Shown: positions 55,614-64,000 of the stretch, piece after piece
Layout of the letters: every line of letters begins with the position of its first letter
Numbering within the stretch: position 1 is the stretch's first letter
NCBI GenBank assembly: GCA_039815375.1
Contig: JBCBZJ010000004.1
Span: 1-64,000, forward strand
Source of the DNA: Verrucomicrobiota bacterium
GTDB lineage: Bacteria; Verrucomicrobiota; Verrucomicrobiia; Opitutales; Coraliomargaritaceae
Direction: 5' to 3'
DNA: 64,000 nt
Notes under the pieces: model-generated
Told to the model about the DNA's origin: nothing
Seen by the model: only the letters and a program-made list of their open reading frames with translations
Databases searched by the model: none
Program-made: the position numbers and the translations under genes

Positions 55614-56143
55614 CCGGCGCAGCCGGAGACCGCTAATTATCGCTCATAGACGCTAATGGATTGAGTCGACAGGTAGATGATTCATTCGTTAATCAAATGA
55701 CACATAACACGGAATACATGGCCGATGAAGGATACGCTCTCATCGGCGCCGCATTCGAAGTCCATCGGGAACTCGGCGGTGGCCTGAGCGAAGAAATCTA
55801 CCAAGAAAGCATAGAGATCGAACTCGGCATGCGAAATATCCCATTCAAATCGAAGGACGAACTAAGGGTCTTTTACAAGCAACAGCCCCTGAACAAGCGC
55901 TATATACCGGACCTCACCGTTTCAGGCGAGATCATCACCGAACTCAAAGCCGCTAAGGAGCTCACACACGAACATCACCGGCAACTCATCAATTACATGC
56001 GAGTCACTGAAAAAGCTGTTGGATATCTCATCAACTTCGGCCCCACAGACCAACTCGAGTGGAAGCGTTTCATCCTCAGAGACTTCATTCCTATAGAGCA
56101 TCAGCGCCTATAAGCGAGAATCAGCGGTCGCCAGCTCAGCTGG
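55614..56143 (+). mobile_element. GxxExxY gene cassette bounded by 45-bp imperfect inverted repeats
   Basis: 55614-55658 matches the reverse complement of 56099-56143 at 35/45 positions by manual alignment. Confidence 0.6.
55697..56113 (+). CDS. GxxExxY protein (PD-(D/E)XK-like)
   Basis: IGAAFEVHRELGGGLSEEIYQE, PDL, ELKA, QLINY, GYLINFG. Confidence 0.9.
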   Translation: MTHNTEYMADEGYALIGAAFEVHRELGGGLSEEIYQESIEIELGMRNIPFKSKDELRVFYKQQPLNKRYIPDLTVSGEIITELKAAKELTHEHHRQLINYMRVTEKAVGYLINFGPTDQLEWKRFILRDFIPIEHQRL

Positions 56144-56245
56144 CACATACAGATCACTTTTACAAATTTCCGGTCGGCGGCGCAATGCTCTCAGGCTTTC
56201 TGTCAGGTCATTGCGTTCCGCATCGACGTTCTAGACGGAAACCAT

Positions 56246-56315
56246 GCAAACATAGCCAAATGGTAAGGCATCCTGCATCACAGGAAAGATGCCGGTTCGA
56301 ATCCGGCTGATTGCA
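56246..56315 (+). tRNA. tRNA-like gene with a 5-nt anticodon loop (identity undetermined, possible pseudo-tRNA)
   Basis: TAGCCAAATGGTAAGGC D arm, TCCTG-catca-CAGGA, GCCGG-TTCGAAT-CCGGC. Confidence 0.65.
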
Positions 56316-56318
56316 CCG

Positions 56319-56392
56319 ATACTGTTAGCTCAGATAGGTAGAGCAGTTGACTGAAACTCAACTTGTCCCGGGTTCAATTCCCGGACAGTAAA
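56319..56392 (+). tRNA. tRNA-Phe(GAA)-like, no CCA
   Basis: TAGCTCAG..GGTAGAGC, GTTGA-ctGAAac-TCAAC, CCGGG-TTCAATT-CCCGG; 1:72 unpaired. Confidence 0.7.
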
Positions 56393-56393
56393 A

Positions 56394-56467
56394 TGGATAG
56401 TAGAGCAAATGGTTAGCTCACAGGATTAAGGTTCCTGCGGATGGAGGTTCGAATCCTCCCTACCCGA
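56394..56467 (+). tRNA. tRNA-like gene with AAG anticodon (identity uncertain)
   Basis: GAGC/GCTC D stem, CAGGA-ttAAGgt-TCCTG, GGAGG-TTCGAAT-CCTCC, imperfect acceptor. Confidence 0.6.
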
Positions 56468-56792
56468 CAAAGGGCTTGGCCGCCCTCTAAAGGCCTCCAA
56501 AACCGCCCAAGGAGAGAACGGGCGACTCGTGAAAGCCAGGCACAGCCACCACATCATGCGGGTGGATGCGCCAGCAGTTTCACCACCTGCGAGGATGCGG
56601 ATACCGGATATCTCAAACCTCAGGCCTACGAAGTGAAGAACCGGCCCATCGATCTGCACCGCATGTCGACCGGATCACCGCAAACTCATTTTGAAACGCC
56701 TCAGGCGCGGAATTCCTTAAGCATCATCCCGTGGTCCGAAGCTGTGGCGGATCGTCTCATCCGAACTCTCTGCGGGCACAACTTTCATAAAG

Positions 56793-56860
56793 GGTAGCGC
56801 AGGTCCGTCCCGGACCGCACATAACGCATACCGGACGCCTGAGGGCAGGCCGTCCCTACC
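56793..56860. repeat. Inverted doublet of REP-like GTAG hairpin elements
   Basis: GGTAGCGCAGGTCCGTCCCGGACCGCAC ... CGGACGCCTGAGGGCAGGCCGTCCCTACC; relatives at 41663, 42071 and 39563. Confidence 0.65.
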
Positions 56861-56918
56861 TTTCTCGCAGCGTCTATAGAGGCGACTGCACCAAACATAA
56901 CCCAAACGAATAACAATC

Positions 56919-58034
56919 ATGCTATTCTTCAAATACATCAACATCCCGTATGAGTATGTCGGTTTGAAATTCCGCGATGGCCAATTCGTTGAACTGCTCC
57001 AGTCCGGACGCCAATGGATCTTCGATCGATTCGGCCGCACTGTCGTCAACATTGTATGGCAAGGCGACCCATGGATCGAAATTTCCAAGGCCCAACTGAA
57101 GCAGCTTCGCGAAAACGACGCCGTCAACGGATATGCCGAATTCATCGATATGAAGGACAATCAACGCGCCCTCGTTTGGCTCGATGGTCGTTTCTATGGC
57201 ATCCTCAAACCAGGCCTCTACGGCTACTGGAAATCTCCAGTTAAAGTTAAAATCGAAATCGTGGAACTAGAAGACGTCCGTTTTCAACACGCACAATTCG
57301 ATATCATCACTAAAGACAAAGACGTCGCCGTCCACCTGAACATTCAGGACATCGAAGATGGCAAGGTTGGCGTCCTCTACGTCGATGGTGATTTCGTCGA
57401 GATACTCAAACCAGGTCGTTACGCATTCTGGAAGAACGTGGGCAACGTCCGCATCTATCAGTATGACCTACGTGAAAAAGTCCTCGATGTAACCGGCCAG
57501 GAAATCATGACTGCCGATAAGGTCACTCTACGACTCAATGCAGTCCTAAGCTACCGACTGGATGATGTCCGCAAGGTTGCTGAATCCGCAAAAGACGTCG
57601 AACAGGCGCTCTACCGTGAGATTCAGCTCATCATCCGCGCTGAAGTCGGCGGCCGCACGCTCGACCAGCTACTGGCAGACAAGTCCGCCGTCGCCAACGA
57701 AGCACTCAACGCAATTCGAGGGAAAGCAGCCGGCTATGGAATCGAAGTCAAAGGTCTGGGCATCCGTGATGTCATCCTACCGGGTGACATGAAGGAACTG
57801 CTCAACCAAGTCATCGAGGCCGAGAAAGCGGCCCAGGCCAACAACATCAAGCGTCGCGAAGAAACTGCTGCCATGCGCAGCCAGCTCAACTCTGCGAAAC
57901 TGATCGAGCAAAACCCAACCCTCATGCGTCTGCGTGAACTCGAGTCTGTCGAAAAAATCACTGAAAAGGCTAACCTGCAAATCTTCGTCGGAGATGGACA
58001 GGACCTGACTAAGCGAATCGTCAAACTCATCTAG
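56919..58034 (+). CDS. SPFH/band 7 (slipin family) protein
   Basis: Repeated LxPG N-terminal motifs, GQEIMTADKVTLRLN, RDVILPG, RREETAA, LMRLRELE. Confidence 0.85.
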   Translation: MLFFKYINIPYEYVGLKFRDGQFVELLQSGRQWIFDRFGRTVVNIVWQGDPWIEISKAQLKQLRENDAVNGYAEFIDMKDNQRALVWLDGRFYGILKPGLYGYWKSPVKVKIEIVELEDVRFQHAQFDIITKDKDVAVHLNIQDIEDGKVGVLYVDGDFVEILKPGRYAFWKNVGNVRIYQYDLREKVLDVTGQEIMTADKVTLRLNAVLSYRLDDVRKVAESAKDVEQALYREIQLIIRAEVGGRTLDQLLADKSAVANEALNAIRGKAAGYGIEVKGLGIRDVILPGDMKELLNQVIEAEKAAQANNIKRREETAAMRSQLNSAKLIEQNPTLMRLRELESVEKITEKANLQIFVGDGQDLTKRIVKLI

Positions 58035-58035
58035 C

Positions 58036-58068
58036 AAAGCCCCGGAGCCAGATACTCCGGGGCTTTTT
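58036..58068 (+). terminator. Rho-independent terminator
   Basis: AAAGCCCCGGAG-CCAGATA-CTCCGGGGCTTTTT. Confidence 0.85.
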
Positions 58069-58229
58069 ACTTTCTTTCGCACGATAAGCAGAGGCCACTG
58101 TCCGACAACTCCCTTTGCTATTTGAAAACCGTCATCCTCTTAAGGCATCCGGGAATAAGAGGCCGGAATCAGGCTCGAACTATAGCTCTACATTAGAGAA
58201 ATCCTCAACTGTCACCTTACCGAATCTCC

Positions 58230-59477
58230 ATGATCCGCTACCGAAACGCCTTAGGGTATCTTCTTGGCATACTCTTGCTAAGCCCACTTGCACTCATAAG
58301 CCAAACAGGGCCCGACCTCAGCATCCTCCAGCGCGTCCATGAGCTAAGCCGCTACATGACGCCGCACGAACAGCTGAAAATTGCAAGGTTATCAAAGTCC
58401 GTGGCCGATGCCGAATCGGACGTTCGAACTGGTCTGGCACTCACCAATTCGGAAGGGAGCCGACTGCAAAGAGATAGGGAAACAGAATCGATTAAGGCCA
58501 AAAGACAACGCGGCGAGGAACTCATTAAAGAGGCGGATGCCGCCAAAGCAGCGGCATGGAACGAAGCCGCTATTTTGCTGATCCAAGTCGACGAACGCCT
58601 TAAAAAGCAGAGTCGCCTAGAGGCCATGAAATTCGACTTCTCCATCGAACGGACTAATTTTGAAGAGGCCCAAAATACAGCCGTCAGCACAATCCTTCAG
58701 GCTACTAAAGAAGCTGGCTACAACACGATTCTTTACGACAAAAGCTTTGTCACGACAGCGTCCGGCACTCATCCGGTAAGCCCTGAACTTCGTAAATCGA
58801 CCTATACCTCGCTGCTCTATGTCGAAGGAGATATCCCGGTCATTCACCAACCCGAATCATTAGGGTTGAGCGATGCTCCTGAAAATCGTCTGTTCCATTT
58901 CAAACACGCAGACAAGATCTACAATTCAAAGAGCGCCCTGCTCGCAATCGAAATCATTCCCTATGGCAATGCCGGCGAAGGTATTCTTCTCGCTAGAGCG
59001 CTCGACCTGAAATCGCTCCGCGTCATCAAACATAGCTTTAAGCACATTACTGGGCTAGATACTTTGCTTGAGCAGAGCACTAGTACTCTAGACGGCAGCA
59101 ACAATATCCTGACGATTCCTGAGTTTGTAAAAATCTTTGACAGCGATCAGTGGATCAACCGATTCGCCTCATTGCCGAAACCTTACCAATTTGAAATTAC
59201 AACCGAGGGCACTACCCCTACCGTTGAAGATATTCTGGCAAAGAATGCCCTCGCTCATTCGCTTTTGGAAAGGTCCACAATTATTTTAATCGATTCCAGC
59301 TTTGTTAATCGAGCCTACGGAGCCACCGAAAAGACTGTTGCTGATCTGGCCAGTGCCTCCTTTACCTTAAAAGGCGGTATGGGGATGTATGAAATAGTCG
59401 CTCAGGCCCGAAACAATCCCCGTATGATCGAGATTGGCACCATTACACTTGAAGGAAATAAAAACGACCAAAGTTGA
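58230..59477 (+). CDS. Hypothetical exported protein
   Basis: 415 aa, signal peptide, N-terminal coiled coil. Confidence 0.6.
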   Translation: MIRYRNALGYLLGILLLSPLALISQTGPDLSILQRVHELSRYMTPHEQLKIARLSKSVADAESDVRTGLALTNSEGSRLQRDRETESIKAKRQRGEELIKEADAAKAAAWNEAAILLIQVDERLKKQSRLEAMKFDFSIERTNFEEAQNTAVSTILQATKEAGYNTILYDKSFVTTASGTHPVSPELRKSTYTSLLYVEGDIPVIHQPESLGLSDAPENRLFHFKHADKIYNSKSALLAIEIIPYGNAGEGILLARALDLKSLRVIKHSFKHITGLDTLLEQSTSTLDGSNNILTIPEFVKIFDSDQWINRFASLPKPYQFEITTEGTTPTVEDILAKNALAHSLLERSTIILIDSSFVNRAYGATEKTVADLASASFTLKGGMGMYEIVAQARNNPRMIEIGTITLEGNKNDQS

Positions 59478-59541
59478 TTCGATCAGGATTACAGTCAGCG
59501 CGGTCTGACGTAAGCGGATCCTTAAACACTTTCATTTCTTG

Positions 59542-59574
59542 AAGCCCCGGAGCATCTCACTCCGGGGCTTTTTT
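59542..59574 (+). terminator. Rho-independent terminator/attenuator upstream of the RtcB operon
   Basis: AAGCCCCGGAG-CATCTCA-CTCCGGGGCTTTTTT, same stem as 58036. Confidence 0.8.
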
Positions 59575-59625
59575 ATTTTCCAACACACACACAAATCAAA
59601 TCAACCGCCTTTAGAGGCAACCACT

Positions 59626-60612
59626 ATGAACGAACAAGAAATCCAATTCATTTGCGGCTGCCTATCGGAAGGCCGCACCAAATACTATACCTTCAAAGAC
59701 CACTACGTCTTTCAAATCCTCTCCTGGAAGCTCGGAAGCGGCAGCATCAAGGTGCGCGAGATTAAGACGCATCCGACTTTTGCCCGCTATGCCAACCGGC
59801 CCGCCTTCAGGGAATTCCTGCAACGTTTGCCAAATGGCATCATCGATCAGGAAAGCCTGCAAAGCTACTGGCCAACACACGATTCAATCCAAGCCTTCCG
59901 GCTTACACTGGATCGCTGGGGTGATTTTGATTCCGGCAATGATGACTGGAACCAAACCTCGCGCCGCGGCTACAATCTGGTGCTTCAACTCAACTTCCCT
60001 ATCGCCAACAGCCGTGAATATCGGGAACTCGACGAAGAAGACGATAACCCGTTCTACTTCGGTTCCAAATGCCATCCATCCCGTATTGGAGAAATCACGA
60101 CCATGTCCTGGGCCCGACTCGACATCAACCTCGATGAAGGCACCGCTCTCATTGAAGAGATTCAGACCGACTGGCTACGTGACGCCCGCGAAGAGCGTGA
60201 ACGAATCGAACGTCGTCTCAAAGACCAGAAGCTTTCAATCAACGACACCTGGAGTGGCATCAAAGTATGGAAAATTCTCCGCTACTTCGACCGACACATC
60301 CAGCCACTGATAAAGCTGTGGGACGAAGCCACTCTGGAAGCTGCCCTCTGGTTCCTTCGTGAAGAGCTCGGCATGGAGCAAGTGTATTACCACACTTGGA
60401 ATACAGGCCTCTGGTTTAAGCGCCTTGAGCCTAACTTTGCTCCACCCCGCTCGCTCTACACCAAGCTACCACAGCGCTTCGGCTTCGACTGCGTCGAGCA
60501 GGGCCCGGAGTTCATCCTCGAACAACCGGAAAACCGCCGACGCCTCAAAAGTAAACGCAACAAACATGAATCGCCAAAATGGTGGTTCATGAATTTAAAA
60601 CAAACCGCATAA
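59626..60612 (+). CDS. Hypothetical protein co-operonic with rtcB
   Basis: 328 aa from MNEQEIQF; QTSRRGYNLVLQLNF, IEEIQTDW, PPRSLYTKLPQRFGF; 9 bp before rtcB. Confidence 0.7.
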   Translation: MNEQEIQFICGCLSEGRTKYYTFKDHYVFQILSWKLGSGSIKVREIKTHPTFARYANRPAFREFLQRLPNGIIDQESLQSYWPTHDSIQAFRLTLDRWGDFDSGNDDWNQTSRRGYNLVLQLNFPIANSREYRELDEEDDNPFYFGSKCHPSRIGEITTMSWARLDINLDEGTALIEEIQTDWLRDAREERERIERRLKDQKLSINDTWSGIKVWKILRYFDRHIQPLIKLWDEATLEAALWFLREELGMEQVYYHTWNTGLWFKRLEPNFAPPRSLYTKLPQRFGFDCVEQGPEFILEQPENRRRLKSKRNKHESPKWWFMNLKQTA

Positions 60613-60621
60613 GGAAATACA

Positions 60622-62019
60622 ATGAACGCAGAAGACCTACGTCGTTGGGGTATCCCTCCAGGAGATGCCATGCGACTCACATTCCAAATCATCAAACGGC
60701 TATTTAATGAATCGATTCCAGCCGAGACTGTTCGCTCGCAGCTACTCGCAGTGATTCATCAACCATCCGCGCACCTCAACGATTCGCATTGGAGTGAACT
60801 CGCTCAGATGCTTGATGAGATCACTATCTTCGAGCCACGTGCCGAGCCAGCACCTTACCATCAATGGGGTAAGGATCTTGATGCAAACGCCATCGAACAA
60901 ATGAGGAATGCCTGCCAACTGCCCATCGCAGTGGCTGGAGCACTCATGCCTGATGCTCACCTAGGATACGGACTACCAATCGGAGGCGTCCTCGCAACAA
61001 AAGGCGCAGTCATCCCATACGCAGTCGGTGTCGACATCGCCTGTCGTATGAAGCTGACCGTGCTCGACCTGCCGCTCAAGCACTTCGAGAAACGCACCAA
61101 GATCGACCGCTTGAAAAAAGCGATCGAAGCTGAAACGCGTTTCGGAACCGGTGCCCGTTTCCAGAAAGATGCCATCCGCAACCACAAAGTTATGGATGCC
61201 GACTGGTCGATCACCAAGGTGACGGCCGCAGCTAAGGACAAAGCTTGGACACAACTCGGAACTTCGGGAAGCGGCAACCACTTCGTCGAGTTCGGTATCT
61301 TCGAAATCGAGACAGATGAACTAGGGCTGGGACCTGGCCAGTACATCGCCCTCCTCTCCCATAGCGGAAGCCGAGGCGCAGGTGCAGCCGTTGCCGGGCA
61401 CTACTCGAAGCTCGCCCGCGAAGCTCATCCAGAGCTACCGGACAAGCTGAAGCATCTGGCATGGCTCGAAATGAATAAGGAGTCCGGTCAAGCATACTGG
61501 GCAGCGATGAACCTCATGGGCGATTACGCGGCAGCCAACCATAGCTGTATCCATAAACATATCGCACGTCACCTCGGAGCCGAAGTCCTCCTCGATGTTG
61601 AGAACCACCATAACTTCGCGTGGAAGGAAGAGCACCTCGGCGACGAGCTCATCGTTCATCGCAAAGGGGCAACACCAGCGGGTAAAGGCATAATGGGAAT
61701 CATCCCTGGATCGATGGCTAGCCCAGCCTACCTCGTCCGAGGAAAAGGCAAGGCAGAGTCCCTCAACTCCGCATCTCACGGAGCTGGACGTGTCATGTCC
61801 CGCCGAAAGGCAGCTGAACACCTTCGCTGGGAAGATGCGAACAAGCTCCTTAAAGCACAGCAAGTTGAGCTCATCTCGGCTGGCCTCGATGAAGTCCCGG
61901 CCGTCTACAAAGATATCGAAACCGTGATGGACGCCCAAAGCGACCTCGTCGAAAAACTCGGCCGCTTTCATCCACGACTCGTCAAGATGGCACCTCCGGG
62001 AGAACGTCCTGAAGATTAA
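60622..62019 (+). CDS. rtcB: RtcB family RNA 2',3'-cyclic phosphate/5'-OH ligase
   Basis: MPDAHLGYGLPIGG, VGVDIACRM, GSGNHFVE, HSGSRG, HHN, HRKGAT, SHGAGR, DEVP..YK. Confidence 0.95.
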   Translation: MNAEDLRRWGIPPGDAMRLTFQIIKRLFNESIPAETVRSQLLAVIHQPSAHLNDSHWSELAQMLDEITIFEPRAEPAPYHQWGKDLDANAIEQMRNACQLPIAVAGALMPDAHLGYGLPIGGVLATKGAVIPYAVGVDIACRMKLTVLDLPLKHFEKRTKIDRLKKAIEAETRFGTGARFQKDAIRNHKVMDADWSITKVTAAAKDKAWTQLGTSGSGNHFVEFGIFEIETDELGLGPGQYIALLSHSGSRGAGAAVAGHYSKLAREAHPELPDKLKHLAWLEMNKESGQAYWAAMNLMGDYAAANHSCIHKHIARHLGAEVLLDVENHHNFAWKEEHLGDELIVHRKGATPAGKGIMGIIPGSMASPAYLVRGKGKAESLNSASHGAGRVMSRRKAAEHLRWEDANKLLKAQQVELISAGLDEVPAVYKDIETVMDAQSDLVEKLGRFHPRLVKMAPPGERPED

Positions 62020-62021
62020 CG

Positions 62022-62054
62022 AAAAGCGCCCTCAACAATGGGGGCGCTTTTTTT
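62022..62054 (+). terminator. Rho-independent terminator after rtcB
   Basis: AAAAGCGCCCTCA-ACAA-TGGGGGCGCTTTTTTT. Confidence 0.85.
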
Positions 62055-62261
62055 GCCTACACTTAAAAAAGCAAGATTTTCATCCAGAAGCTCATATTCT
62101 ATTTTTTTTAAAATCCGACACCATCTCAACCAAATCGAATATCTCCGCGCCTCCCACAGCACCAAGAAAAAGACTCGCACACGCCAAAAGGCAGAACGGA
62201 TCGAAACCGATTCGATTGGTGTTTATTTGTTTCCATTAGTGAGCAAAATAACTGCCTATAC

Positions 62262-62987
62262 ATGAATCTACAAATCGCCCAATTGCTCTCCGAACTCAAA
62301 ACAAAGGCACGAACATCTGGGTTTGAAATCGAAACTTTTGATCAAATTGAGAAATGGCCCCTCATGGCACTGTCGCGAAATTCCAGCCGACAAGGTGGTC
62401 AAAAAGTATATATATCATCGGGCATCCACGGCGATGAACCGGCGGGGCCACTCGCCTTGCTGGAGCTCCTCGAATCCGACGCCTTACCGCGACAACACGA
62501 CTACTGGATCTGCCCCGTCTTAAATCCCGCTGGGCTCGACGCAGGCACTCGTGAAAATACCGACGGCCTCGATCTCAATCGTGACTATCGCGAACCTCAG
62601 TCTTCCGAAATCCGGGCACATATCTCCTGGGCGAAGCAGCATATTCCCCCGCTCGATCTCGCCCTCCACCTCCACGAAGACTGGGAGGCCAAAGGCTTCT
62701 ACCTCTACGAACTCAACTTCAGTGGACAACCCGGCCACGCCAATGCAATCCTTGAAGCCGCCGCCAAGCACCTGCCCATCGACACCACAAACGAAATCGA
62801 CGGCAGTCCCGCAAGTGGCGGCATCATCCGCCCTCAGACTTTACCCGAACTCGAAGAAGGCTATCCTGAAGCCATCTACTTCCAGCAACAATTCGGCGGC
62901 CTCAACTACACCCTCGAAACACCCTCCGGCCTCCCACTCAAACAACGCATCGCAGCCCACAAAGACGCCATCCTCACCGTGCTCTGA
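62262..62987 (+). CDS. M14 family metallocarboxypeptidase
   Basis: GIHGDE, NPAG, DLNRD, LHED, TLETP. Confidence 0.85.
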   Translation: MNLQIAQLLSELKTKARTSGFEIETFDQIEKWPLMALSRNSSRQGGQKVYISSGIHGDEPAGPLALLELLESDALPRQHDYWICPVLNPAGLDAGTRENTDGLDLNRDYREPQSSEIRAHISWAKQHIPPLDLALHLHEDWEAKGFYLYELNFSGQPGHANAILEAAAKHLPIDTTNEIDGSPASGGIIRPQTLPELEEGYPEAIYFQQQFGGLNYTLETPSGLPLKQRIAAHKDAILTVL

Positions 62988-63059
62988 CTCTTTGCTGAAC
63001 TGCCAACAAACCAGACCGCATAGCTTGAACTTTCGCATTGGCCTGATTGCATTGGATCT

Positions 63060-64000
63060 ATGAATCACTGCCTTGCTTTATGCTTCCTTTTTATCGGTGC
63101 ACTTCTTTCAGCCGCGCCAACCATTGAAATTCTTGCCGAGCTGAACTATCGACGTCCGGGCAACCCCGCAGTGACGCCGGACGGCACCGTGTATTTTTCA
63201 ATGCACCCATTCGATGATCCCCATCACAAGGTGATGAAGCTCAATGAAGACGGCTCCTTCGAGCCCTTCCCTTACGAAGGCATCTCGAAGAACTTCTCTG
63301 CGGTGATCGGCATCCAGAGCGACAGCAAAGGTCGTGTTTGGATTTTGGACATGGGAAGCGAAGAGAAATCCCCGAAGCTTTTCGCTTGGGACACTGCATC
63401 CAACAGTCTCCACAAAGTGATCTACATCCCAAATGAAGCACTCGTTGCGAACTCTTTCCTCCAGGACTTCGCAATCGATGAAAAGCACGGCATGATCTAC
63501 ATCGCGGATATGTCCCGCAGTGGGATGATCGATGCCAGCGAACCGGCCATCATAGTCGTCGACCTGGAGCACGGTTTCTCACGTCGCGTATTGCAATCCT
63601 TCTCTGCGTTCCAACCCAAGTTTGGCGAGGTCATGATCACCGAGGGCACGCCCACGACATTTACCGATGAGGCAGGCACACACCATCCGCTGGAGATCGG
63701 ACTCAACCCCATCGCAATCGATGCGCAAAACGAGTGGGTCTATTTCTCAACCATCCATCCCGGCTCGCTGTTTCGCATTCCGGCCGCAACCCTCGCCAAC
63801 CCACATCTCCGCATGACCCCACTGATTGATTCGATCGAGCTCTTTGCCCCCAAACCCACCAGTGACGGCATCGCAGCCGATGGAAAAGGCCGCGTCTTTA
63901 TTACCAATCTGGAGGACAATGCCATCAGCATCGCAGACGAATCCGGCACCCGAATCTGGGTCCAGGACGATCGCTTTGTTTGGCCCGACGGCGTCTATGT
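63060..64000 (+). CDS. Major royal jelly/L-dopachrome tautomerase-related beta-propeller protein (3' truncated by window)
   Basis: Own translation: signal peptide, PGNPAVTPDG, RVWILDMG, SFLQDFAID, KPTSDGI, FVWPDG; open to window end. Confidence 0.8.
   Translation, partial: MNHCLALCFLFIGALLSAAPTIEILAELNYRRPGNPAVTPDGTVYFSMHPFDDPHHKVMKLNEDGSFEPFPYEGISKNFSAVIGIQSDSKGRVWILDMGSEEKSPKLFAWDTASNSLHKVIYIPNEALVANSFLQDFAIDEKHGMIYIADMSRSGMIDASEPAIIVVDLEHGFSRRVLQSFSAFQPKFGEVMITEGTPTTFTDEAGTHHPLEIGLNPIAIDAQNEWVYFSTIHPGSLFRIPAATLANPHLRMTPLIDSIELFAPKPTSDGIAADGKGRVFITNLEDNAISIADESGTRIWVQDDRFVWPDGVY

Noticed and set aside
56167..56244. Y RNA
   Set aside because: The bulged-C Ro60-binding helix is not evident and no Ro60/TROVE gene is in the window
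53800..62050. Prophage origin of the tRNA array
   Set aside because: No integrase, terminase, capsid, tail or replication genes in the window; a remote phage origin cannot be excluded

Overview
Bacterial chromosomal window, probably Verrucomicrobia/Opitutae (inferred from a double-length uvrA, DUF5069, PEP-CTERM and prepilin-like proteins; not proven). 1-19 kb: pseudaminic-acid pathway (pseB/C/F/G/I) with two formyltransferase domains and a PIG-L deacetylase, then LPS glycosyltransferases, kinases, ELM1-like proteins and an acyltransferase. 19-41.6 kb: mostly housekeeping (menA, ppaC, sdhCAB, pyrG, pdxH, trxB, ABC transporter, uvrA). 41.6-53.7 kb: integrase-less accessory island behind a duplicated uvrA 3' end, holding a nucleotidyltransferase pair, Dcm-GHKL ATPase-split HNH-Vsr, an AAA ATPase, AbrB plus a decayed PIN toxin, a glycoside hydrolase and a PEP-CTERM protein, with short periodic repeats between genes. 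53.8-62 kb, the most interesting part: two leader-ORF/terminator units precede an array of 11 tRNAs plus 3 tRNA-like genes. The array includes all seven U35 species, covarying non-canonical elbows, a tRNA-Pro with a 48-nt T-loop insertion and an inserted GxxExxY gene with inverted repeats. It is followed by an SPFH/slipin gene, unknown genes and RtcB, making a candidate tRNA back-up/RNA-repair system. All calls come from manual reading; no searches were run.
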